Shown in pieces: positions 38,640 through 50,629 of a stretch of 64,000 nt of DNA (positions are counted from its first letter, which is position 1; each line of letters starts with the position of its first letter). The notes beneath the pieces were generated by a model. The model was given only the letters and a program-made list of their open reading frames with translations. It was not told the DNA's origin and did not search any database. The translations under genes were made by a program, and so were the position numbers. Where the stretch lies: the NCBI RefSeq assembly GCF_018350175.1, contig NC_058368.1, positions 130,822,001-130,886,000 on the forward strand. The letters are read 5' to 3'. The DNA comes from Felis catus (taxonomy: Eukaryota).

Positions 38640-38883
38640 TACAGGCCATTTAAGGGTAAATAAGGAAGACAATGATGAAGTACATAAAAAACAAGTGTTT
38701 TGCAAGATATATTCTCTACAGCAAGGCAAAACAGGTAATCTGACACATTCAGAAAATTGGACACTTTAAAAAGACCACTTAGCAGAGAAGTGTTTATGTG
38801 GCTTAGAATCACTTTAAATATCACTGCTTTAGAATATCTTGCAATACAGGTGCATGGAAGATCTACTTTAATGGGAATAATAC
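38640..38883 (-). pseudogene. Exon remnant, start of an RGS-like domain (no clear donor)
   Basis: Acceptor ggattctttttcag, open frame IIPIKVDLP...IFKVILSHINTSLLSGLFKVSNFLNVSDYLFCLAVENI (cf. 'ENLEFWLACEE'). Confidence 0.5.
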
Positions 38884-39073
38884 CTGAAAAAGAATCCATT
38901 ACGTATTTATATTGAAACTAGCTATACTGTGGCATTTGTGGAGCACTGCTCTCTGAACAACTTGTCTCTTTTCACTTGTAAAGATAAAAATCAAAATCAG
39001 AGGTGGTACAGCATATGACTGCCAGTCTGGGTTATCATACTGATCTTTATCAAGGAAATAAAGAGGTACTTAC

Positions 39074-39116
39074 TCATGAGAAACATAGCCAAGAGAGAAG
39101 AGTCTCATCATTTTTC
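39074..39116 (-). pseudogene. Possible exon remnant (43 nt)
   Basis: Acceptor T-run followed by ggtcag, donor TGA|gtaagt. Confidence 0.4.
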
Positions 39117-39518
39117 CTGACCAAAAAAAAAGCGTTATAAGATCTATACTTTTAATTTATGCACTCAGTCCCTAAAACCCTTCAATAGGAACCGAATTAA
39201 ATGTCTTAATTTCAAAATTATGTCATCAACCACAATGAGAATTCCCATTAGCTCAAAAATGATGTGAAACGAAGGTAGTATTTGTGGTATATTTCTCTAT
39301 ATCCCTCAACAATAACATTTATAAGTGGTTGTTTTTAATTTTAACATTTGAAACATATTTGGAACGATTTAATGAGAACTAGTTTAGGCTGAGAATGACA
39401 ATTGGCTTTCCAGAAACATGTGAACATTTTGTGTATTGGGTAAAGCGATGCACTATAAAACTCATCAGTCTGACATTGCTATCATTATGGTCTTTCCACT
39501 GTGTGCCACCATAGCAAA

Positions 39519-39521
<3 letters not shown>

Positions 39522-39565
<44 letters not shown>
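39522..39565. repeat. (CA)n microsatellite
   Basis: About 22 perfect units. Confidence 0.95.
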
Positions 39566-39570
<5 letters not shown>

Positions 39571-39635
39571 TATTGACTAAGACTCCAAATTGTGTATTCT
39601 TAGAAACACATTGTTAAGAAATCCATATGTCTTAC

Positions 39636-39901
39636 ATTTAAAAAATGAAGATAAAGAGACCCATTCTCCATGAATTGATGCTCCTAAAAAAGCAGTAGAT
39701 TCGGTCAAGACTGGTATCCACCCACATGAAATCCTTCTCTCTTAGAAGAATGAAGACAGTCTCAGATAACCTGGATCGTGACAGATTCTTGAAGAGATAC
39801 TGAGTTTCATTCCAAATGGCACCAAAGTCCCCTTCCAAGCGGTAAGCACTGGCCTAGTCTTCCTTAACACACTACTTTGGATTATGAGGCAAACAGTGCA
39901 G
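39636..39901 (-). pseudogene. Exon remnant (266 nt)
   Basis: Acceptor ttttcccctttagagtagtatttcag, donor AAT|gtaaga. LHCLPHNPK*CVKED*ASAYRLEGDFGAIWNETQYLFKNLSRSRLSETVFILLREKDFMWVDTSLDRIYCFFRS. Confidence 0.5.
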
Positions 39902-40801
39902 CTGAAATACTACTCTAAAGGGGAAAAGCATTACCTACCTTTTTTTTTCTCTCCTATCTCTGAGCATTTGATATAAGAGATTATAGTTTTAGCACTGGTT
40001 GACAACACAACAGAAAGAATACTTTAAGAAACATGATAAGCAAAGTAGCAAAGTAGAATTTTATGCCAGTATTGTGACCAGAGGTAAATAACAAGCTGTC
40101 TTTGGAGGTCATTATTATCAGGAAACAATTTAGGGAACAAGAAAAAGGGAGGCCTTATTAAAACAAGTCCAAATCTGTACCTCAATTATGTGCTACTTTC
40201 CATATATTATTTTCAGACAGGTCCAGACATCTTTAAATTCCATTCTCTCAAGCAAGATAACCTCAATTAAGTGAGAGTTTAGAAAAACTTTGGTTTTATA
40301 AACAGACTACAAGGAAAGCCCAATGAAAATGTCTGAAAATGGGCTTGTCTCCAGAATAGATTGAGAACTTTTACCACTTAATAAGAAGACAAATAACCCA
40401 ATAAAAATGGACAAGCTATTTGAATGGATGTTCAGAAAAGGAAATCTACAGAGGGCAACTAAGTGCATGACAAGATACTCATCATTAGTCATTAGGGAAA
40501 TACACATTAAACATACAAGGACACTACTCAGTAGAATAGCTAAATTAAAAAAAAAAACATTCACACTATTAAATTCTGGTCAAGATGTAGAGAAACTGGA
40601 ATTCTTACACACTTCTGAAGGATATATAAAATGGCATAACCCCTTTGGAAAACTATTGAGCAGTTTTTCAAAAAATATACACTTGGTATTTAACTCTGGC
40701 ATTCTATACCTGTATATTATTTGAGGGATATAAAAGCATACATACAAAGACTCACGCATGGATATTCATAGCAGCCCTATTTACAATAATAAAAACTTAG
40801 A

Positions 40802-40978
40802 GGGGCATCTGGGTGACTTAGTTGGTTAAGGATCCAACTCTTGATTTTGGCTCAGGTCATGATCTCACAGTCATGAGATCAAGCCCTGAGTCAGGTTCCA
40901 CTCTAGGCCTGTTTAAGAACTTTCCCTCTGCCCCTCCCCCACTTGTGTGCATCTGTGCTTTTTCCCTCAAAAAAAATT
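40802..40978 (+). mobile_element. Can-SINE (older, short type)
   Basis: Head, body and tail. Confidence 0.85.
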
Positions 40979-41346
40979 AGAAACTATTGAAATATCTATT
41001 AGCAGATGACTGGATAAACAAAAATATGATAAAAAGATAATTAGGAATAAAAAGCAATGAATGATTAATGCACAAAAACATACGGTTGATTCTCAAATTG
41101 CATACACTAATTTAAAAGAAACCACAGTAAAAGTAAATACCGTATATCCCTTTCATACAAAATTCCAGAATATAAAAATTAATCTATATGTATAAAGCAG
41201 GTAGGTAGTTGCCTGGGCAAAACAGAGAATGGACTGCAAAGGGGGGCAAAGACACTATTTAAGGTGACAGAAATGTTTTTTGTCCTAATTTTGATTGTGG
41301 CTTCAGCACTTACCCAATTCTCAAAACTCATTCAATTGTACACTTT

Positions 41347-41575
41347 ATTTTTTTTCAACATTTTTTAAACATTTATTTACTTTTGAGAAATAGATAGAAA
41401 GAGACCAGAGTGTGAGCGGGCGGAGGGACATAGAAAGATGAGGACAGAACTGGAAGCAGGCTCCAGGCTCCCAACTGTCAGCACAGAGCCCAACAGGGGT
41501 TCGAACTCATGAACCGTGAGATCATGACCTGAGCCAAAGTGGGATGCACAACAGACTGAGCTACCCAGGCACGCT
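41347..41575 (-). mobile_element. Can-SINE
   Basis: TSD ttcaattgt..acttta. Confidence 0.9.
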
Positions 41576-42074
41576 TCAATTGTGTACTTTAAATAGTTGC
41601 TTGTAAGTATTAATTGAAATGTAAAGTTATTACTATAAATTTAATTCTAGGAAAGAGAAGAAATAAGTTAGATTTTATTTCAATGCTACTGTCCATGGAT
41701 ATATATTTGTAAATGAAATTATGGGTTTTATATGAAACAACACAATTATAGAATACCAAGAGAGAAAGATGAGGTCATCAAACTATGTATGTGTAGAAGA
41801 CATCAAATATATTGACCATTAAAATAAACATGAAGAGCTTAATTACCTTATAAAAGTTTTCTAAAGATTTTTAAATTACCTGGAGAAGCAAATTTCTTCT
41901 TCAGCCTACCTAAAGCTACTTGTATTATAGGGTCTCAGTTTTTAATAAACCACTCTATTATTTATGCAGTAGGTAAATCTATATTTTGATATTCCAACGA
42001 CTCCCCAGGCTGCCCTCCTTCCCTTCATTAAAGAATGTTTATAGTTAAAAATGTAACTATAAAAATAGTCTTAC

Positions 42075-42183
42075 TTGCACAGTAAACATTTCCTTCCTCC
42101 TGGGTATCTCTGAATTCTATTTGCTTCCCTAACTGACAATCATATATTATTTTCTGCTCCTTTTGGCATGACAGAAAATGCAC
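42075..42183 (-). pseudogene. Possible exon remnant (109 nt)
   Basis: Acceptor gctcttccccag, donor CAA|gtaaga, open frame VHFLSCQKEQKIIYDCQLGKQIEFRDTQEEGNVYCA. Confidence 0.45.
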
Positions 42184-42811
42184 CTGGGGAAGAGCATGCT
42201 GGGCTTCCTTCTGCACCACGTTTCAGTGCAAAAACCGTCAGCTAAAATCGGACTGAATATCTATAACTGGTTTCCACTACAAGTTGTACAAAGAACACAG
42301 AATGTTTAAACAAATATCATGCTGACTGCCTGAGTATTGACAGGTGGGGAAACTTGAAAAAAAGAAAATGGGATCTGTGATATTTAGCAAAACTCCACCA
42401 CCCATTAGGTCAATAGAAAATGATGGGCATAACATGGATGCTGTTTTCCAGCTTTCTGAGAACAGATCTTTTGTATTTGGTATGTCCTTGACAGGACTGA
42501 TCATTCTGTTTACAAAAATAAGTACTATCAAAAATAAAAATGGGTCATCATTAAAAAATAAACAATTGTCGAGCCAAAATGGTATAGAGATTTGGTTATT
42601 TCTCCCCTCTGAGACACACTGTAATTTTTCAGAGATAACAGTTTGAGGTTCTGAATTATTATTTTTGCAAAATGTCAAACAGATTTTACAGCCTCAGAGA
42701 TGTTCTTTCAGTGGTATCCAGTGAAGTTTTTACCTTATAACTTTTCAAACGATTGATCTAAGTGGGGAGAATTGAGAAATAACAAAAACAACCCCCCAAA
42801 AGAAATATGGC

Positions 42812-42940
42812 TTTTATTTATTTATATTTTTTAGGTAGGCTTCATACCCAGAGCCGAGATTGAAAACACAATCCTGAGAGCAAAACCTGAGCTGAGATCA
42901 AGAGTCAGATTCTTAAGCGACTGAGCCATCCAGGCATGCC
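42812..42940 (-). mobile_element. Short old Can-SINE
   Basis: cctgagctgagatcaagagtcag...gactgagccatccagg. Confidence 0.8.
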
Positions 42941-43059
42941 TGGAAGATGGGTTTAAAATTGATCATGAACACAAGTCTAGTGAGAGTTAGTATCACAGTA
43001 TTTTCATCAAAATGTTAGGAATCCCAGAGTTCATAACATGTGCAATATTCCTGTTTGCA

Positions 43060-43220
43060 TTTTTTAAAACTTTTTTAAACTGTATTTATTTTGAGAGAGG
43101 CAGAGTGAGTGGGGGAGGGACTGAGAGAGAGAGAGACAAAAAATCTGAAGCAGGCTCCACACTGGCAGTGTGGAGCACAACGTGGGGCTTGAACTCATCA
43201 ACCTGTGAGATCTGCGCTGA
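43060..43220 (-). mobile_element. 5'-truncated Can-SINE
   Basis: TSD aatattcctgtt on both sides. Confidence 0.85.
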
Positions 43221-43712
43221 AATATTCCTGTTCATATTTTTGTGCCTCAAGCAGTTTCAGAGATTTGATGTTGTAGAATTATTTTTTCATCTTTATGAAC
43301 CATTTTTTAAAACCTGTGTAATTCTGTTAGATATAAAAAATAAAAATAGTAAATGTAACCACACTATTTGCAGAGTCTAATTTTAACAAATTCTCCTGAT
43401 TTTACTTTAAGTGAATAGCTGTTATATGAAAGCATTCAAGGATGGGGATTGCAAACAGCATCAGGCTCCTGTATCAAGATGATTCCAATAATGTGTGAAG
43501 TAACAAAAGACACACAGTAACTATGGGGCAAAACATTATGCCATAAAATTTATTCATACTTAGGCATATGAGGCACAAATGTATACATATTACATAGAAC
43601 TATAGATCATTTTCTTTCTTTCACAGTGGGCTTAAATGACTCTAACAGTTATCATTGGAGTTATGCCATTTAAGCTGATTGTTATCCAATGTATAAGATT
43701 GCACGTAATGTT

Positions 43713-43890
43713 GGAAGGGGGGTAGAGGAGAGGAGAAAAGGGGTGATGGGCATTGAGGAGGGCACTTGTTGGGATGAGCACTGGGTGTTATATGTAAACA
43801 ATGAACCATAGGAATCTATCCCAAAAACCAAGAGCACACTTTACACACTGTATGTTAGCCAATTTGACAATAAATTGTATTTAAAAAAAA
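43713..43890 (+). mobile_element. Short felid L1 3' end
   Basis: gggtgatgggcattgaggagggcac...A-tail; degraded TSD aagatt..ca...atgtt. Confidence 0.85.
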
Positions 43891-44839
43891 GATTTCAACT
43901 GATGTTAGAAACAAAATATACTCCACGAAGAAATAATGGCCTAAGTCAAACATGGATCTAAGAAATGTAAGTACCCTTCCACAATAGTAAACATCCGCAT
44001 CACTTTGTTGGGAATGAACAGTTTGTATAGAAAAACAGCAAGAAAAAAAGGTGGTCTAGGGCCACAAGGAGGAATCTGATATGTGATTAGTCTTTCCAAT
44101 TTTGAAAGCTATTTAGATCGCTTCAAAAGCAAATATAAAATTCTTTGCAAACAAAAATACATTTGTTTTATGTTCTGCTTAAGCAAATAAACCTTGCATT
44201 CTATTTAGGTTATATTGAACACACTTGTATCTTGGATCAATCTTGAAAATCACTGGGACCTGAAATGTTACTCATAAAAAGATTTGTTATTGACTAAAAA
44301 AAGAAACATTATCAATACAAAAATAATTTCTAAGGAATAGTATGATATTGAAATTTTGTGCATAGAAAACAAAAATGTTATGTAATGTTATGCTAACAAA
44401 AAAGGAGCTATGTTGGAATTCAGTTTCATCTGACTTAAAACTGAGCCTGATATGCCAATTTCTGTCTATAATACATTAGCTTTTATCAGACCAATGTTTC
44501 CACCAAAAAGAACTAGAAAAAATGAATGCAAGATATAAAACACATTTTGAAGGTATTAGAAATCCAGACACAAGGGAAATGCAAACAGTTGGAATTAACA
44601 TTTGTTACAACTTTAACAGAAGACTGATTCTAAAATGGCTCCTGAGTTGTTTAGAAATTCAACAGAACATTTAATAATCACACAGAACTGTGAAAACAAA
44701 AATTGGATATCTGGATGTACCAAGAAAGAAAAGCTCTCTAAAAAGCAATCTTTAAATTGGGATTTCCAAAGAACTGTATAGTACACGTAAAGCATATTGA
44801 TCTACACGAGCTCACATAAAAATTAAATCTGGGTTTGAC

Positions 44840-45040
44840 CATAAAACAGACCCTTGACTATAGAGAACTAATGGATGATTACCAGAGGGTGGGTGGGGAG
44901 GGTGAAATAGGTGATGGGGATTAAGGAGTACACTTATGTGTTGAGCACCAGGTGTTGTATCTAAGTGTTGAATCACTATATTGTACAAATGAAACTATTT
45001 TACACTCTATAATAACTGAAATAAAAGTAAAACCTTAAAA
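44840..45040 (+). mobile_element. Short carnivore L1 3' end
   Basis: TSD aaatctg(g/t)gtttga. Confidence 0.85.
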
Positions 45041-45984
45041 AAATCTGTGTTTGAAATACTTGGATTAAAGTGATTTTTCTCCTTTCTTAAATATCCTCAG
45101 AAAAAAATATAAATGATCTCTGGGGAATATAACATTATCCAAAGCCTCAAATTTCCTCTAATGTTTTCAATAAATGGTCTGGCTTTCACTTAGTAAAAAA
45201 TCAGAGTGTAAAAAGATAAGAAGGGACCAAATATCAAGAGAAAAACAAAAGACAAGAGGAAGACTCAGGAGATTTCGGTTATTGGAGTTATCAGACCCAT
45301 ATTTTAAATTAAATAGCAAATTAAATATTTAAGAGATTAGATGAACTCAAGTATTTCAGTAGAAAACTTAAACCTATAAAAAACAATCAAATGGATATTT
45401 TCTGTTTTCTAACCAAAAAATATTATTTCATTAAAATTAATAAACCAGTACATGAGTTTCATAGCAGCTAAAGAGAAGGGTAGTGACATGGAAGTTAGGT
45501 CAGAACAAAATACAAAGTAGCATGAAAAAAACAAAAGGATGAGCAAAGATCATAAGGGACAAAGGTAAACAATTGGAATACACATATAAGGTTTAACTGC
45601 AGTCCCTGAAGGCGGTAACAGAAAGGGAAGAAATAATAGTTCAGAAGGTAATGGCAGAAAAATTTCTAATATACTCACCACTACAGATTCAACATGGACC
45701 ATGAAGCCCAATCCAAAAGCAAACAAAGAAAGCCACATTTACATGCATCATCATAAAATTACTGGATACTAACACCAAAGGGAAAATCTTAAAGGTAGCT
45801 AGAGGCAAACAGTTTGTTTTTTTCTCCAAAGTCCAACTATAAGAATTACAGCTGACTTCTTGGATGAAAAAAAAAGCCAGTTGTACATAGAATGGTATTT
45901 TAAAATGTTGAAAAAAGTAACTGGAAACTTAGACTTCTATATGCATCAAAGTATCATATAAAAGTGAGATATAAAAATACTTGA

Positions 45985-46192
45985 GGGGTGCCTGGATAGC
46001 TCAGTCAGTTGACCATCTGACTCTTGATTTCAGCTCAGGTCATGGTCTCAAGTTTCCTGAGCTCAAGTCCCATGTAGGGCTTTGAGCTGACAGCATGGAG
46101 CCTGCTTGGGATTCTGTCTCCCTCTCTCTCTCTGCCCCTCCCTGACTGGTGTGCACTCACTCTCTCGCAAAAATAAATAAACGTTAAAAAAT
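45985..46192 (+). mobile_element. Can-SINE within an ancient L1 ORF1-like remnant
   Basis: TSD aaaaatactt. Confidence 0.9.
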
Positions 46193-46247
46193 ACTTTATA
46201 AAATTTTTTTACATTGTGAAAAAATGACAGATAAATAGAGCGTGCGT

Positions 46248-46283
<36 letters not shown>

Positions 46284-46675
46284 ACACACAACACCAATTA
46301 GGTGGGTAAGAAAGATGCAGGAGATAACAAAGAGACAAATATATGGGTAAATTTTACTAAATGTTTATGAAAAAAACGAGTAACATGACATTGTGTTAAA
46401 ATAACACAAAAATTTGAAAGGAAGTAATTGGAATTAAGTGCTCTAAGGTCCTTTGATTAAACACTAAGAACTTAGGATTTATTTTGTGATCTCCACTCTA
46501 CCAATAAAGAAAAAATGAATAACAACCTAATATACAATGTAATTAAATAGATTTAAAATAATTCTAAAGAAGTCAGAAACTTAAAGAACTACTGAAAAAT
46601 TGGGAAATGACAGATTTAAACAGAAAACTAACAGAAATTATAAATGATAATGAAGATACAACATATCAACTATCA

Positions 46676-46866
46676 GGGCACCTGGGTGGCTCAGCTGGTT
46701 GAGCACTGAACTCTTGATTTCGTCTCAGGTCATGACGTCACTGTTCATAGCTTCCCCATTAGACTCCACACTGACAGTGCAGAGCTTTGGGGGGATTCTC
46801 TCTCTCCTTCTCTCTGCCCCTCCCCTGCACGCTCTGTCTCTCTCAAAATAAACACTTAAAAAAAAC
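46676..46866 (+). mobile_element. Can-SINE (older)
   Basis: Head, body and tail. Confidence 0.85.
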
Positions 46867-47582
46867 CTTTCAACCCTCAAAACATGTGGAGCATGACTAA
46901 AGCCATGACTCAAGGGAGAGATTTAAACCCTCATTGGCATTTATTAGATAAAAATTTAACATTCACTAGGATAGATCACACGTTAGGCCACAAAATAATT
47001 CCTAACAAATTAAAGAAGACTAAAACCATACCGAGATCTTTTCTGGACACAGGATATGAAACTAGAAGTCCCCAAGAGGAAAGCTAGAAAATTTACAAAT
47101 ATATGGAAACTAAACAACATACTCTATAACAACCAATAGGTCAATGATGAATACAAAAGGGAAATTAAAAAAAAAATCTTTCAACAAACGAACAATGAAG
47201 CACAATACACCAAAACCTCTGAGATAATGCAAAACAAGTTCCTAGAGGGAAGTGTAGAGCAACAAATAAATATATTAAGGAAATAGATCTTGAACAACAA
47301 ACCTAAATTTCTATCTCAAGGAACTAGAAAAGGAAAAGCAAACTAAGTTCAAAGTTTTCAGAAGGAAGAAAATAACAAAGGTAAGAGTAAAAAGGAAAAC
47401 AATAGAAAAAAATCAATTTAACTGAAAACTGATTTTTGAAAATATCAACATAACTAACAAATATTTACCTAGACTAATAAAAAAAAAGACTCCAGTACAT
47501 AAAATTGAAACTGAAAGAGGAGACACTACAAATAATATTCTAGAAATGCATAGGATCATAAAAGATTATCCTAAACAATTAT

Positions 47583-47968
47583 ATACATAATGGAATACTA
47601 CTTGGCAATGAGCAAGAATGAAATATGACCTTTTGTGGCAACATGGATGGAACTGGAGAGCGTTATGCTAAGTGAAATAAGTCTTACAGAGAAAGACAGA
47701 TACCATATGTTTTTACTCTTATGAAGATCCTGAGAAACTTAACAGAAGACCATGGAGGAGGGGAAGGAAAAAAAAAAAAGTTAGAGAGGGAGGGAGCCAA
47801 ACCATAAGAGACTCTTAAAAACTGAGAATAAACTGAAGGTTGATGGGGGCTAGGAGGGAGGGGAGGTTGGGTGATGGGCATTGAAGAGGGCACCTGGTGG
47901 GATGAGCACTGGGTGTTGTATGGAAACCAATTTGACAAAAATTTCATATTTAAAAAAATAAAAAAAAA
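47583..47968 (+). mobile_element. Young felid L1 3'UTR nested in older L1
   Basis: Low-divergence L1_Fc-type 3'UTR with A-tail. Confidence 0.9.
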
Positions 47969-48735
47969 TATATGGTAAGAAAATATATAATCTAGGAGAA
48001 ATGAATAAATTCTTAGAATCATATAACCTACCACAACTGAATCATAAGAAACAATCTGAAAAGACAAATAACAAGAATTTTGAATCATTATCAAAAATCT
48101 TCAAACATAGAAAAGCTAAAGATCAGATGGTTTTACTGATGAATTCTACCCAACATTTAAAGAATTAATGCCAATTTTTCTCACTATTTCCCAAAAAGTT
48201 GAAGAGGAGGGAACACTCCCAAACTCATTGTATGAGTTCAACATTGCCCTGATAATCAAGTGAAATAAGGATTTTACAGTGAAAGAAAATTATAGGCCAA
48301 TATCACTTATGAATATAGATGCAAACATTTTCAACAAAATATTAGCAAACAATTCAAAAACACATGATCAGCAGAGTGGGATTTATTCCTGGCTTGCAAG
48401 GATGGCTCAATCATACAAAAACCACATTAATATAATAAAAGATAAAAGTTACATCATCTTAATAAATGCAAAAAAATAAATAAATAAAGGATCTGGCAAA
48501 ATGCAACATCCTTTCATCCTAAAATCCCTCAACAAAGTTACATATAAAATGAATATACCACAACATAATAAAGGACATACATTACAAACCCACAGCTAAC
48601 ATTATAGTCAATAGTGAAATGCTGAAAGCTATCCTCCAAGATCAGGGACAAGACACTCACTTAACATAGTACTCCAAGTCTTAGCTATAGAAATCAAGCA
48701 AAACAAAAAAAAATAAAAGGCATTCATACTGGAAA

Positions 48736-48887
48736 GGGGAGAGGAACAGAGAGAGATAGGGAATCTCAAACAGTTTCCATGCTCAGTGTGGAGCCTGATG
48801 TAGGGCTTAATCCCACAACAGTGAGATCATGACCTAAGCCAAAATTAAGAGTCATATGCTCAACTGACTGAGCCACAAAGGTGCCCC
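48736..48887 (-). mobile_element. Can-SINE lacking tail
   Basis: SINE body ending ggtgcccc. Confidence 0.8.
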
Positions 48888-50130
48888 ACAGAAACTAGAT
48901 CCTAATTGCTCTCACAGCACACAAAAATTCCTAATTATGTAATAGATGGAGGTCCTAGTTAACACTCTAGAGGTTGTGTTATTGCAGTAATAAATGTATC
49001 AAGTCAACACACTGTACACCTTAAACTTGTACATTATGTTCATTATATCTCAATAAAAACATAAAAACAAACTTGATTATTTACTAATCAATTAATATAT
49101 TATTTTGTAATAAAGATTGCATCGAATTTTACTCATTCCATCTAGAATCTTTCTACTAAGGTGAACCAAAATAAACATGGAATTACTTTCTATTCCACAT
49201 TTTATACTGTCAACTCTAGAGAGTAGCGAGATGTAAAATTAGGTAATTAATAAACAAACAAATAAATAAAGCCCCTAGCTTCAAGTGTGAAAGCATCTTT
49301 TAAGTATTCAACGAAAATAAAGGAAACCTTTAACATAACCTTATCAATGTGCTAAACAGTCTGTAAAATAAAAAACTAATGTCTCAGAGTAAGATTTTTT
49401 TCCAATAAATGTAATATGCCTGAGCATATTCATTCAAATACCTGAGCATGGATTAAACTTTACTTTTAAAATAGACATATAACTTGTTAAATTATTAAAT
49501 TAGAACTTTAAGAGTAAATTCACAACAGCTAAATAAAATCAATCAGAATCTTTTCCCTTTCTCCATTTCCCTTCCAACTAAATATTTTTAATTGTGACAG
49601 GTCATGGAGAATTTTACTGGTCATGAAAATTATTTAATATCAGATAATGATTTGCCTTATGTTTCACTGTAGAATAAAATCCTAGGGCTTCATGAGTATC
49701 TACCAGTGAGATACACTCTCCCTACAGTTTACCTCCATATTTCTAATCAACAACAGTCCCCAATCTCATTTTTAAACATAATACTAAAATCAAACTGAGC
49801 AAAACAATTAGAAATTGAGGGCACTGATAGGGGCACTCAGTAAGATGATACTGCTCTTTTATGCATCATTTCATTCTTCTTTATTGAGCAGAATAAATGA
49901 AAGGCAGAGGGAAGCACTTTCCTCATTGGGTATCTCTCTATCTCAGCAGCTTTCCACTCATATATTCAACAAATATTAAGTAGTCTGATAACAATGGAAG
50001 CATGTTATCTTTGTTACTGGAGATGCCGTATCTGAGAAATAGCAGAACACTGACTAATCTAACCCATCAAGAATTTCAGTCAACTTTGTGTTACAAAAGT
50101 ATCTTGAATCCATTTATTTAAATCCATCTT

Positions 50131-50340
50131 GGGGCGCCTGGGTGACGCAGTGGGTTAAGCGTCCGACTTCAGCTAGGTCACGATCTCGCGGTCCGTGAGT
50201 TCGAGCCCCGCGTCAGGCTCTGGGCTGATGGCTCAGAGCCTGGAGCCTGCTTCCGATTGTGTCTCCCTCTCTCTCTGCCCCTCCCCCGTTCATGCTCTGT
50301 CTCTCTCTGTCCCAAAAATAAATAAACGTTGAAAAAAAAA
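50131..50340 (+). mobile_element. Young felid SINE
   Basis: CpG-rich; TSD aaatccatctt. Confidence 0.95.
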
Positions 50341-50629
50341 AAATCCATCTTCACTTGCACCACCTTCTATACCGAGTTTCCATTGTGGCTTATCTAGGCT
50401 TCTGGAATAGTCCACTGAAAAGTTTTCTTAAATATATTTCTGCCTCATCCAAATTATCCTCTCCATTGTATCCAAAGTCACTTCTTAAAATTAAATCTAT
50501 ACTTATCTCCTCTCTACCTAAAACTCAAAGCTGAATTGCCATCACTATTAAAATTACTTCAGAACAACTAGCATGGCTCATTGCATCCTGCCTGACCCAT
50601 CACCTGGGAAACCTTCCAGACTCTTCTGG

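Larger units (their letters stand above)
40300..41640 (+). mobile_element. Ancient L1 3' end with two SINE insertions
   Basis: ORF 40407..40724 is L1 ORF2 C-terminal-like (SSLVIREIHIK). Confidence 0.8.
1..42183 (-). pseudogene. Putative unprocessed pseudogene of a large multi-RGS-domain protein (RGS22/RGSL1-like); runs past the left window edge and may extend further right
   Basis: About 20 minus-strand segments, nearly all bounded by polypyrimidine-AG and GT(A/G)AG-like sites, many phase-compatible (six consecutive phase-0 exons of 54,153,54,72,102,285 nt). Translations show RGS-like motifs plus in-frame stops and frameshifts. Confidence 0.6.
46950..49065 (+). mobile_element. Older L1 ORF2 + 3' end with nested L1 and SINE
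   Basis: ORF 48279..48479 KENYRPISLMNIDANIFNKILAN is the L1 RT motif. Confidence 0.9.

Noticed and set aside
39746..39841. Plus-strand exon-like segment (ttctctcttag ... GCG|gtaagc)
   Set aside because: Stops in all frames; overlaps a better-supported minus-strand remnant
42280..42560. Cluster of forkhead-like motifs (tgtttaaacaaata, tgtttac) as an enhancer
   Set aside because: Such motifs are frequent by chance in AT-rich DNA; no independent support
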